From Myxococcales bacterium (lineage in GTDB: Bacteria; Myxococcota_A; Polyangia; Polyangiales; Polyangiaceae), in the NCBI GenBank assembly GCA_043747615.1, contig JAYTOU010000046.1:52186-116185 (forward strand): a stretch of DNA of 64,000 nt. The letters run 5' to 3'. The translations under genes and the position numbers were made by a program. A model generated the notes under the pieces. The model saw nothing but the letters and a program-made list of their open reading frames with translations. It was not told the origin of the DNA and searched no databases. Positions 40,744 through 49,658 of the stretch are shown here, in pieces (position 1 is the stretch's first letter; each line of letters begins with the position of its first letter).

Positions 40744-41632
40744 CGTGGCTCATGTGGAGCGCAGCATCGGGTGTGCCCGAAAAATCAAGACCGATATCCG
40801 CCGCGGGCGCGGAGTGGGTGAGAGCTCCGACGGAGATGACGTCGACACCGACGCGCGCGAGCTCCGCGATGCGTTCGAGGGTGATTCCGCCCGAGGCTTC
40901 GGTGAGCGCTTTTCCTCTGGAGCGTCGTACGCCTTCGGCCACGTCTTCGGTCGGCATGTTGTCGAGGAGAACGCTGTCTGCCCCGGCGGCGAGCGCTTCG
41001 TCGAGCTGCTCGAGCGAGTCGACTTCGCATTCTATGCGGCAAGTGTGAGAGGCGGTTTTCTTGGCGCGCTCGATGGCTGCGGTGACTCCCCCCGCGGCGA
41101 TGACGTGGTTGTCTTTGATGAGCACGGCGCTCCCGAGATCATCCCGATGGTTTTTCCCACCCCCCACGCGCACCGCGTAGCGCTCGAGAAGCCGAAGCCC
41201 GGGCGTGGTCTTTCGAGTGTCAGTGACCCGCGTCCCCGACCCGACGGGGATCGCCCGAACGTAGGAGTGAGTGATGGTGGCGACTCCGCTCATGCGTTGG
41301 GTGAAGTTGAGGGCCACCCGCTCGCCCATGAGGATCGAGCGTGCCCGACCGCGGACCATCCAGAGTTTGGTGCCGGGAGCAACGAGGCTGCCCTCGGCGC
41401 GCAGGGCCTCGATCTCGACGTTCGGATCGATGAGCTTGAAGACGCGCTCGAAGACCGGCCCGCCGCAGACGACGAGCTCGCTGCGGGCAACGGCGTGCGC
41501 GACCGCGCGGGTCTCGGCATCGACGCACGCTTCGGTGGTCACGTCCCCGGCGCTCAAGTCTTCCTCGATGGCGCGCTCGATGACGCGGTCGACGAGGATG
41601 AGCGGGAGGGCAAACATCTGGGACGACGCCAT
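40715..41632 (-). CDS. nadC: Nicotinate-nucleotide diphosphorylase (carboxylating)
   Basis: EDL..GDVTT, ERVALN, DTRKTTPGLR, NHR, LIKDNH, LLDNM, EASGGI, ISVGALTHSA. Confidence 0.96.
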   Translation of the reverse strand: MASSQMFALPLILVDRVIERAIEEDLSAGDVTTEACVDAETRAVAHAVARSELVVCGGPVFERVFKLIDPNVEIEALRAEGSLVAPGTKLWMVRGRARSILMGERVALNFTQRMSGVATITHSYVRAIPVGSGTRVTDTRKTTPGLRLLERYAVRVGGGKNHRDDLGSAVLIKDNHVIAAGGVTAAIERAKKTASHTCRIECEVDSLEQLDEALAAGADSVLLDNMPTEDVAEGVRRSRGKALTEASGGITLERIAELARVGVDVISVGALTHSAPAADIGLDFSGTPDAALHMSHDASHVSLRT

Positions 41633-41705
41633 GACCGCGGAGACTAGCCGACCTTCGGGAGACTGTGTCGCGTGATAAACATTGCGCGACTTCTGCTCGG
41701 GGCTG

Positions 41706-42359
41706 TTACCAAATCTGAATCGGCCATCCCCGCTTGGTGGCCAGGCGCTTCAAGCGCGGATCGGGATTGACTACCACCGGCTCGCGTACTTTCTCGAGCA
41801 ACGGTAAATCGGTGTACGAATCGCTGTAGAACGTGGCCTCCGCCAGATCGAAGCCGAGCTCGTCCGCGAAACGTGAGGCACGCTCGACCTTGCCGACGCC
41901 GTAGCAAAGAGGTTCGACGATCCGGCCGGTGAAGGCACCCTGGGCGTCGACTTCGAGCTCACTGGAGACGACGTGATCAATCCCGAGACGCCGCGCGAGT
42001 GGGCCGGCCACATAGGGAGACGCGCCGGTCACTATGGCGACGATGTCTCCCCTCGCGCGATGACGGGCGACGGCGGCGCGACCGCGGTCGGTCACATGCT
42101 CCTCGACGAAGCGGCGAAACCAGTCGTCGCAGCGCGCCGCGAGCACTGTCTCCTGCATGCCTGCAAAGCTGCGGAGAGCTTTCTTTGCAACTTCAGGAGC
42201 ATCGATCACGCCGAGCGTGTACTGGGCGATCCACACCGCGAGGCGGGCCGAGTCGCGCCACGTAGCCTCGCCGACCGAGCGTTGGTAGCGGACGTAGAGG
42301 GTGGCGGTCTCGCGGCGCACGAGGGTCCGGTCGAGATCGAAGAGGGCGGCGCGACGCAT
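41706..42359 (-). CDS. HAD subfamily IB hydrolase
   Basis: ALFDLDRTL, IVTGA, GKV, YSDSYTDLPLL, VNPD. ATG at 42359. Confidence 0.92.
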   Translation of the reverse strand: MRRAALFDLDRTLVRRETATLYVRYQRSVGEATWRDSARLAVWIAQYTLGVIDAPEVAKKALRSFAGMQETVLAARCDDWFRRFVEEHVTDRGRAAVARHRARGDIVAIVTGASPYVAGPLARRLGIDHVVSSELEVDAQGAFTGRIVEPLCYGVGKVERASRFADELGFDLAEATFYSDSYTDLPLLEKVREPVVVNPDPRLKRLATKRGWPIQIW

Positions 42360-42363
42360 GAGG

Positions 42364-43071
42364 TCAGTAGACTCCGTAACCTTTCCCGAGGATCTCCGAA
42401 AACACATTGCAGAGTGCATGGAATGCGATGCTCGCCCCTACCCCGCCGGTACGCGCGCGCAGCCACCCGAAGACGAGCGCCGGGAAGAATACGGCCAGCC
42501 GTGCCGGGTCGTGGATCGTCGCCAGGTGCCCGAGCGCGAAGATCGCACTGGTGAGGATGATCGCCGGACCGACGTCGGCTCCGAGGAGACGCCAGCGCGC
42601 GGGAAACGCGTCACCGAGCCGCGTCTGCAGGTAGCCGCGGTAGAACGCCTCTTCTGGGAGGGCTATGATTAGGAGCTGACCGACGACTTCGCTCGCGGTG
42701 CCGGGCATGAGAGCCAACGAGAAATGTCCGTGCGGCCGCCACCATTGCCTCCACCCGAGGAAGAAGGGGACGAACGTAATGGCCCCGAGCCCCAGCGCCC
42801 AGGCGAACGCGCGTGCACCAGAGACGAACGCGCGCGTGAGATCGAGCCGTCCGGGAATGACGAGGCCGCCGAAGGTGAGCCCGAAGCGCTCCACCGTCGC
42901 GTCGTCGCCGCGCCAGACCAGCATCCACGTGGTCGCCAAAAAAATCGTACCGACGCTGAGCGCGACGTACTTGTCGGGCAGAAGGGCCGCACCAGCGGTG
43001 ACCATCGCGGTCACGACGGCCGCGACGAGCAGCGCCTCCGGCAAGGCGCTCAAACGCGGCAGAGGCTTCAG
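42364..43071 (-). CDS. CPBP (Abi/CAAX) intramembrane glutamic protease, myxosortase-like
   Basis: LPEEAFYRGYLQ, FALGH, FHALCN motifs; multi-TM. Probable start CTG 43071 overlapping the kinase stop. Confidence 0.85.
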   Translation of the reverse strand: MKPLPRLSALPEALLVAAVVTAMVTAGAALLPDKYVALSVGTIFLATTWMLVWRGDDATVERFGLTFGGLVIPGRLDLTRAFVSGARAFAWALGLGAITFVPFFLGWRQWWRPHGHFSLALMPGTASEVVGQLLIIALPEEAFYRGYLQTRLGDAFPARWRLLGADVGPAIILTSAIFALGHLATIHDPARLAVFFPALVFGWLRARTGGVGASIAFHALCNVFSEILGKGYGVY

Positions 43072-45710
43072 CGGCAGGCCACCCGCGCGACGTATGCTTC
43101 GGTATGCGCAGCCTCGAAGTCTTGCCAGGCGACGAGCCACTCGCCCTTGCTCCGTCCGCTCGCGATCCATGGTCGGGGCTGATCGCCAGTCACCTTGGCG
43201 ACGACGCTCGAGGCGCCGACTCCATCACGCGACAGGAGCGCCGTCTTCACGCGCCCGGCTTCGAAGTAGACGAGTGCCACGGCGCCGGTGGGCCCGACAC
43301 CGAGGCCGGGGTGCGTTCCTTTTTCGGCGAATCTCTTTCGCCACAGCACGCGGCCCTGCACGGGCTCGATGAGCGCGGCATACGCTCCGCCTTTTTCGCC
43401 GTGCCACGCGAGGAAGCAACCTTCGCTGCCGCACGCAATGGTGGGCGCGTCTCCGGGGGTCTTGTCTTCGTTGACGAGCTCGACGCTGCCGAGCTCGCGG
43501 TCGATGCCCTTGTTGTTCGGACCGGCAGCCGCCCGCTCCTCGAGTCCCTTCACCAGATCAGGCGAATTCAAGGCGATCCGCATGCGATCGATGAGGTGAA
43601 GCGGCTCGCGTTCGAGCTTGTAAGTGATGAACACGGCGTTGCTCGCGACGGCAATGCTCGGGACGCGCACGTTGACCACGCGGCCACCGATCGACGCGTA
43701 GTCCGTCGCACGTAGCTCGGCCCCGACGGGCTCGAGCTCGGCGTTGAGCTTTCGCAGGAAGAGGTCGTCGCCTTCGCGATCGCGATCGTCTTGCCAGGCG
43801 ACGAAGAAGCCATCGGGGGATTTGTCGATCGTCGGCCAATAATTTCCGGGCCGCGCGCCACCGACCAGAATGCTCCCACCTGCGATCCGACCTTCTCCAT
43901 CGAGCCAACGAACGCGGACGCCCGCTTCGCGTCCGCTCTTGTCCCAGTAGAGAAGCGCCGTGCGTTCCGCGACGCTGAGAAGGACCGGTCGAAGGACCTC
44001 GCTTGCTTCGGGTGTGAGATCGCGCGGTCGCGACAACGGCCGTCCGGCTTCGTCGACCACCACGGAAAAAGCGTGGTCGTGCCCGGCCTGCTCGTGGTCG
44101 TCCGTCCAGGTGACGATCGCGCCCTTGGCGTTGCTGGCCACGCTTGGTCGACCAATTCCGCCCGACACACCGATGCGCGGATGCGAGAACGCGACCATCT
44201 TGCACGGCCCCGTCGCGGACTGAGCGATCTTGACTTGATCGCTGAAGACCTTTGCGATCGGGCCGGAGCCCAAGTCCTGCGCCTCCTTGAATTTTTTCAG
44301 CGCGCCGGGTGCGTCTCCGTTGGTGAAGAGCTTCTGGCCGTCTCCGATGGAGGTCAGCCATTTGGGCTCGTCGGCGGCCGGGAGCGGCTCGGTGGCACCT
44401 GAGGAGCCGGGCGTGGGAGCCGTGGTCGCCGTCGACAAGACGAGCGGGGTCACCACCTGCGGACGAAGGACGTTGGACCACACCACGAACGCCAGGACCG
44501 ACGAAGCGGCGAGTGCGATCGACGAGATAGCCCACCGAAGCGGCGACGGGGGGAGCGCCGTGACCTGAGACCCGGTGAGCTGCGAATTGCGCGCAGTCGG
44601 CGGAAGATCCGTGGCGCTCGGATTCGCGGGTCGCCCGTCGGGATGGGTACGAAGGCCCGGGCCCGAGCCGGTGCCCGCCTCCCCTTTTTCGAGCTGCGCG
44701 CGCAGGTTCGCCGGGACGAGATCGAGGTGCTGCGCCGACGACTCGTTTCGAGATGTATCGCCAACCGCGAGCTTCTCGATCTGAGAGATTTCCTGGACGG
44801 CGAGCAGCGAGACCGAGGGCGTCCCGAAGGCGAGCGTGAGGGCGTCCGAGAGCTCTTTTGCCGTCTGGAAGCGATTGTCCGGATCACGCTGAAGCGCCTT
44901 CTTGAACCACTCGTCGAATGCCTCGGGTAGGTCGGGCCTCAGCGTCGACGGCACGGGAATCGGAGAAGTGGCGATGGCCGCGAACGTCATGGCCACGCCT
45001 TGATCCGTGTTCCAAACCGGACGCCCGATCAGGCACTCGAACGCTAGGCAACCGAGCGCCCAGAGATCCGCGCGATGATCGACGGAGCCCTGCCCTTTCA
45101 CCTGCTCGGGAGACATGTACGCGGGTGTTCCGAAGACGGCGCCTTCGCGCGTCAGGCGGGCCGTTTTCTCGTCGGCGGCGACGGGTGCATAGAACTTGGC
45201 GAGACCGAAATCGAGGAGCTTGGCTATCTCTTCGCCCTCGTCCTGCGGCTTCATCAAAAAAATATTTTCCGGCTTCAGATCGCGGTGGACGATGCCCGCG
45301 GCGTGAGCCTTGGTGAGCGCCTTCGCGGAGTGATTGATCACGCGCACGGTAGTCTCGGGGTCGATCAGGCGAATGCGCGCCATGCGATCGTAGAGCGACT
45401 CGCCTTCGAGGAGCTCCATGCAGATGAACGGGCGGCCATCTTCGAGACGGCCCGAGTCGTAGACGTCGACGATGTACGGGCTCCGTACGCTCGCCGCCGC
45501 GCGGGCCTCACGGAAGAAGCGCTCGATGACGATGGTCGACGCCGCCAGCTCGGCCGCGAGCACCTTTACGGCGACTTTTTTGCCGAGAGACGTGTGCTCA
45601 GCCTCGTAAACGGCTGCCATGCCGCCGCGACCGATTTCACGGGTCACCCGATACTTCCCAATCAGGAGGGTTCCCGGGGGGATCTTCGACTCGTTCGCAA
45701 CAGGACGCAT
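43068..45710 (-). CDS. Membrane Ser/Thr protein kinase with extracytoplasmic repeat domain
   Basis: IGRGGMAAVY, VAVK, HRDLKPEN, DFG, GTPAYMSPEQ; one TM (WAISSIALAASSVLAFVVW); C-terminal beta-rich repeats (IVTWTD, LLYWD, FVAWQD, LVAWQD). ATG at 45710. Confidence 0.93.
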   Translation of the reverse strand: MRPVANESKIPPGTLLIGKYRVTREIGRGGMAAVYEAEHTSLGKKVAVKVLAAELAASTIVIERFFREARAAASVRSPYIVDVYDSGRLEDGRPFICMELLEGESLYDRMARIRLIDPETTVRVINHSAKALTKAHAAGIVHRDLKPENIFLMKPQDEGEEIAKLLDFGLAKFYAPVAADEKTARLTREGAVFGTPAYMSPEQVKGQGSVDHRADLWALGCLAFECLIGRPVWNTDQGVAMTFAAIATSPIPVPSTLRPDLPEAFDEWFKKALQRDPDNRFQTAKELSDALTLAFGTPSVSLLAVQEISQIEKLAVGDTSRNESSAQHLDLVPANLRAQLEKGEAGTGSGPGLRTHPDGRPANPSATDLPPTARNSQLTGSQVTALPPSPLRWAISSIALAASSVLAFVVWSNVLRPQVVTPLVLSTATTAPTPGSSGATEPLPAADEPKWLTSIGDGQKLFTNGDAPGALKKFKEAQDLGSGPIAKVFSDQVKIAQSATGPCKMVAFSHPRIGVSGGIGRPSVASNAKGAIVTWTDDHEQAGHDHAFSVVVDEAGRPLSRPRDLTPEASEVLRPVLLSVAERTALLYWDKSGREAGVRVRWLDGEGRIAGGSILVGGARPGNYWPTIDKSPDGFFVAWQDDRDREGDDLFLRKLNAELEPVGAELRATDYASIGGRVVNVRVPSIAVASNAVFITYKLEREPLHLIDRMRIALNSPDLVKGLEERAAAGPNNKGIDRELGSVELVNEDKTPGDAPTIACGSEGCFLAWHGEKGGAYAALIEPVQGRVLWRKRFAEKGTHPGLGVGPTGAVALVYFEAGRVKTALLSRDGVGASSVVAKVTGDQPRPWIASGRSKGEWLVAWQDFEAAHTEAYVARVACR

Positions 45711-45807
45711 TCGTGGAGACGCGTGGAAGAATACGCGATTTTCAACCCTTTCGGGGGCAATCTGAAGCGAACGGACGGGAGCTCGCTTCTTGCTACGGTG
45801 TCGTGAA

Positions 45808-46764
45808 ATGTCTCTTCGACCCGTGCTCGGGCTGTTCAGGAAGACCTTCACCCGCTGGGACGACGACGATTGTCTGCGCTTGGGGGCCGCGCTTTCCTAC
45901 TACGCGCTCTTCTCGCTCTTTCCACTCATCCTCTTGTGCGCCTCCGGCGTGGGCTTTCTGCTGGGCGAAGGCGACGAAACGCGCGCGCGCATCCTCGGCA
46001 TGCTCGGGCTTCCCGCGGATGCCGCCAAGGTCTTGAACGAGACGCTCCTCGGCATGCAGGAGCATCAGACGGCGCGGGGGATCGGTGCCGTCGTCGCCAT
46101 CGCTCTCCTGTTCATCGGCGCGAGCGCCGTCTTCTCCGAGCTCGACTTTGCGTTCAATCGATTCTGGCGCGCGCCCGAGACCGCTCCCCGAAGCCTCTGG
46201 ACGACGATCATGATTTTCCTCCGCACGAAGCTCGCGTCGCTCGCATTGGTGGTCGTCGCCGGCGTCTGCGTCCTCGGCTCGCTCGTCGTGAGCATCGTCC
46301 TCGAAGCCTTGGAGTCTTTTCTGGGATCCATCGTTCCCTTCGCGTGGGCATGGGAGGTGCTCGACCTCTGCGTCTCGACGACGCTCCTCACGCTCACCTT
46401 CGCGGCGCTGTTTCGCCAGCTACCGCAGGTCAAGGTGATGTGGCGGGACGTCGCGTGGGGAGCGATCGTCACTACCGTGCTCATGATGCTCTCGAAGCGC
46501 GCGCTCGCCTGGTACCTCGCGCACGTCGGCAGCTTTGCCGCGTATGGCGCGGTGGGCAGCGTCCTCGCGCTCCTTACGTGGATTTATTTGACGACCCAGA
46601 TCATCTACTTCGGAGGGGAATTTACCAGGGTCTACGCCGAAGCGTACGGCAGCCTTCGCTCAGGTGTGCGCCACGATCCGCGCGATCACGTAGAGGACGA
46701 ACGCCGCGCACCAGACGATCGAGCGCACCCGCATGCGCTCACCAAACCCCCAGTACGGAGCTAA
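45808..46764 (+). CDS. YihY/BrkB family membrane protein
   Basis: LGAALSYYALFSLFP, AFNRFW, YGAVGSVLALLTWIY..FGGE. ATG at 45808. Confidence 0.92.
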   Translation: MSLRPVLGLFRKTFTRWDDDDCLRLGAALSYYALFSLFPLILLCASGVGFLLGEGDETRARILGMLGLPADAAKVLNETLLGMQEHQTARGIGAVVAIALLFIGASAVFSELDFAFNRFWRAPETAPRSLWTTIMIFLRTKLASLALVVVAGVCVLGSLVVSIVLEALESFLGSIVPFAWAWEVLDLCVSTTLLTLTFAALFRQLPQVKVMWRDVAWGAIVTTVLMMLSKRALAWYLAHVGSFAAYGAVGSVLALLTWIYLTTQIIYFGGEFTRVYAEAYGSLRSGVRHDPRDHVEDERRAPDDRAHPHALTKPPVRS

Positions 46765-46899
46765 GGGCGGGACGAAGAACGCCACCGCTGCGCGCCAACG
46801 CGGCTCGTGACGCGCGAGTCCGAACACGATAGCGACGTGCGCCGTGACGAGGACGGCAAAGGTAAGAACCACAAAAAAGACGACCGCGACGTCGCTCAT
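46660..46899 (-). CDS. Small membrane protein (79 aa)
   Basis: ATG 46899 overlaps the upstream stop: MSDVAVVFFVVLTFAVLVTAHVAIVFGL..FFVPPLAPYWG..; about 3 hydrophobic segments. Confidence 0.7.
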   Translation of the reverse strand: MSDVAVVFFVVLTFAVLVTAHVAIVFGLARHEPRWRAAVAFFVPPLAPYWGFGERMRVRSIVWCAAFVLYVIARIVAHT

Positions 46900-47360
46900 C
46901 GCGATCCACCGCCAAGCCCGGCGTCCGGGCTGGAAGACTCGGTTTCGTTCGCCGTGCCGACGGCGAGCGGCGGCGGCTCGGGGATGTCCACACCACGGGT
47001 GTCGCGCCAGGTGCCCTCGGCGACGTAGAGCGTACCGTCGCCGCTGCGAACGGCGACCCAGGGTGAAAATGCAGCCGTGAGGTGGAGCGGCGTCGCACGG
47101 TCCAGCGGTGGCACCACCCAGCGACCGGCTCGCCACCCCCAGCGCCGCCCGTTCCACGTCCACTCTCCGTCGACCCATACCGCGGAATCGGAAGGCTGCT
47201 TGGGCACGAACTCCACCCGCGCGGCAGGCGGCGGATAAGGAACTTCGACGAGTGCGCTCGTCGGCTGCATGACCCAGCGCGGGTGCGGTAGCCGCCTCAG
47301 GCCGCATCCCCCGAAGACGAGGGCAACCATCGCGACCGTCGAGAGACCAAGCTTCTTCAT
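46896..47360 (-). CDS. Lipoprotein with WxxGxW (YXWGXW-type) repeats
   Basis: Lipobox VFGG|C; VWVDGEWTWNGRRWGWRAGRW. ATG at 47360. Confidence 0.78.
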   Translation of the reverse strand: MKKLGLSTVAMVALVFGGCGLRRLPHPRWVMQPTSALVEVPYPPPAARVEFVPKQPSDSAVWVDGEWTWNGRRWGWRAGRWVVPPLDRATPLHLTAAFSPWVAVRSGDGTLYVAEGTWRDTRGVDIPEPPPLAVGTANETESSSPDAGLGGGSR

Positions 47361-47495
47361 TTCAACGTAGGCCTCATACCATCGCCACCCAATTGCCACG
47401 TGTGGCCTTTTTGTATGGGCGCGTGGCCCTCAATTCGCCTACGACCGCACCCGAGGGCTTGGTCTTCCCTTTGCACCCGGGGGTTGATTCAGCTC

Positions 47496-49658
47496 ATGCA
47501 GCGCATCCATTTAGCTCTGACCGCTGCTGCGCTCTTTTTTTGCGGCGCTTGCGCCTCCATTCCTCCGGGCCGCTCGGCCGTCGAGGACGTGGACATTTCC
47601 GGCGATAGGGCGCTCGACGGTGAAGACGTCGAGGAGAAGATCGCCACCAACCCGAGCCCGCGTTTTCTTGGGCTCTTCGAGGGCGTTGTCTACGACTACC
47701 AAATCTTCGATCGCTTCGTTCTCGAGCGCGACCTTGCTCGCGTCGAGCGCTACTACCGCGCGCGCGGCTACTACGAGGCCCACGCCCGCGCAGGCCGGGT
47801 GAGAAGCACGCGCGCGTCGCACGTTCGGGTCGAGATCTTCGTCGAGGAGGGGACGCCGGTGCTCATGGGCGACGTCGCCATCGATGGCCTGGAAGGCCTT
47901 CCGAAGCCGGTCGTGGTTGCTGCGGAGGCTGCGGCGAAGGCGAAGCTCGTGCACGCCCAGCCCTTCGACGAGGACAACTTCACGGCGGGCGAAAACGATC
48001 TGCGACTCGCTCTCCAAGATCAAGGCTACGCGTACGCCAAGGTGACCCGCGAATCGACGGTCGACCTCGTCCTGCATCGCGCGGATGTGAAGTTCACGGT
48101 CGTTCCCGACAAGCCCGCGGTGTTCGGAAGGATCATCATCGAAGGCCTCGGCTCTCTTCCGGAGACGCCGGTCCGCCGCGCGCTCAACCTGAAGGAAGGA
48201 GCTACGTTCTCGACGACCGAGCTCGAGTCGGCGCAGCAAGCGGCCCTCGATCTAGGTGTTTTTGCGTCGGTGGCGATGCACCCCGACATTGGAGACCCTC
48301 CTCCAGCGTCGCACGTGGTGCCGGTCACTGTGCGCGTCGAGCCCGCCAAGCTCCGCACCGTGAAGCTCGGCGGAGGCTTCGAAATCGACGGCATCAAGAC
48401 CGACGTTCACGCCATCCTTCGCTGGGAGAACCGGAATTTTCTGGGAGGCTTGCGCTCGTTCTCTGCCAGCTTCCGACCGGGCGTCGTCCTCTATCCGACG
48501 CGCATCGACAACCTGGTCGCGCCGACGGACCTCCTCCCGACCGGGCGCTTGCGGCTCGAGCTCCGGCAGCCGGGTTTCATCGAAGCGCGCACGAGCGGCT
48601 TTCTCAGGCCGGAGCTCAATATTTTTCCCCTGCTCCTCAGAGCCGCAGGCTCGAACGATCCGAACGTGCCGGTGCCGGGGTACCGCGAGATCAAAGGAGC
48701 CGTGGGCGCCGACCGCACGTTCCTGAAATTTTTCTATGCGAACCTCTCCGAGAACGTGCAGGTCGAAAATCCGTTCACCTACAAGGGCGCGAAGGACGCG
48801 AACGTCCGCGACCTCTTCCTCTCCTACCCCGCGCTGATCACGAACTTCGATTTTCGCGACGACCGCGTGCATCCGCACAAGGGGATCTACATCGGCAACG
48901 ACGTTCAAGTTGCCGGCCTGGTCGGCGACGCGTCGGACGTCCGAGTCCAGCCGGAGATCCGGGCATACGTCCCCCTCTCGCGACGGGTGACGCTAGCCAG
49001 TCGGGTGAAGCTCGGGTTTCTTTTTCCGAGCAACTACGGATCGCACATCGATCCTGCTACCAGCCTTCCTGCAGCGGGCGCGTCGACGGCGGACTGGGCG
49101 CGCGATCTGCAGCTCATCTACTTTCGAGGATTTTATTCGGGAGGTCCGTCGTCGAACCGGGGCTACGCGCTCGGGGACGTGGGGCCGCACGGTGCCGTTC
49201 CGTTTTTCGATCCCGGGCTCGACGCGCGGCAGTACCAGAGGAGCTGCGATCCGGGTTCGCCCTCCTTCTCCGCGACCAATTGTGCGGTGCCGCTGAAAGG
49301 GCTCACGCTCTGGGAAGCTTCCGTCGAGGTCCGCTTCCCCGTCATCAAGAACTTCGAGGGGGCGATCTTCTGCGACACCAGCGACGTGTCCCCGAGACGC
49401 ACCGAGATTCGCCTTACTCATCTCCACTTGTCGTGCGGAGCGGGCGGGCGCTACGAGACGCCGGTCGGTCCCATTCGGCTCGACATCGGCTACCGCATCG
49501 TCGACATCATCGGCGCCCACGACGTAGTGGAGTGCGCCACGGTCTCGGGCGGACAGTGCACCTCCTACGCGCCTCTGCAGTCCACGCAGGAAGGCGTGCA
49601 CTCGAAACTTTTCGGTGTGCCGCTTGCCATCGCCTTCGGGATCGGGGAGGCGTTTTGA
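47496..49658 (+). CDS. Omp85 family (TamA/BamA-like) outer membrane protein
   Basis: POTRA-like segments (DLARVERYYRARGYY, LQDQGYAYAKV), GGPSSNRGY, RYETPVGPIRLDIGY, C-terminus FGIGEAF. ATG at 47496. Confidence 0.9.
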   Translation: MQRIHLALTAAALFFCGACASIPPGRSAVEDVDISGDRALDGEDVEEKIATNPSPRFLGLFEGVVYDYQIFDRFVLERDLARVERYYRARGYYEAHARAGRVRSTRASHVRVEIFVEEGTPVLMGDVAIDGLEGLPKPVVVAAEAAAKAKLVHAQPFDEDNFTAGENDLRLALQDQGYAYAKVTRESTVDLVLHRADVKFTVVPDKPAVFGRIIIEGLGSLPETPVRRALNLKEGATFSTTELESAQQAALDLGVFASVAMHPDIGDPPPASHVVPVTVRVEPAKLRTVKLGGGFEIDGIKTDVHAILRWENRNFLGGLRSFSASFRPGVVLYPTRIDNLVAPTDLLPTGRLRLELRQPGFIEARTSGFLRPELNIFPLLLRAAGSNDPNVPVPGYREIKGAVGADRTFLKFFYANLSENVQVENPFTYKGAKDANVRDLFLSYPALITNFDFRDDRVHPHKGIYIGNDVQVAGLVGDASDVRVQPEIRAYVPLSRRVTLASRVKLGFLFPSNYGSHIDPATSLPAAGASTADWARDLQLIYFRGFYSGGPSSNRGYALGDVGPHGAVPFFDPGLDARQYQRSCDPGSPSFSATNCAVPLKGLTLWEASVEVRFPVIKNFEGAIFCDTSDVSPRRTEIRLTHLHLSCGAGGRYETPVGPIRLDIGYRIVDIIGAHDVVECATVSGGQCTSYAPLQSTQEGVHSKLFGVPLAIAFGIGEAF

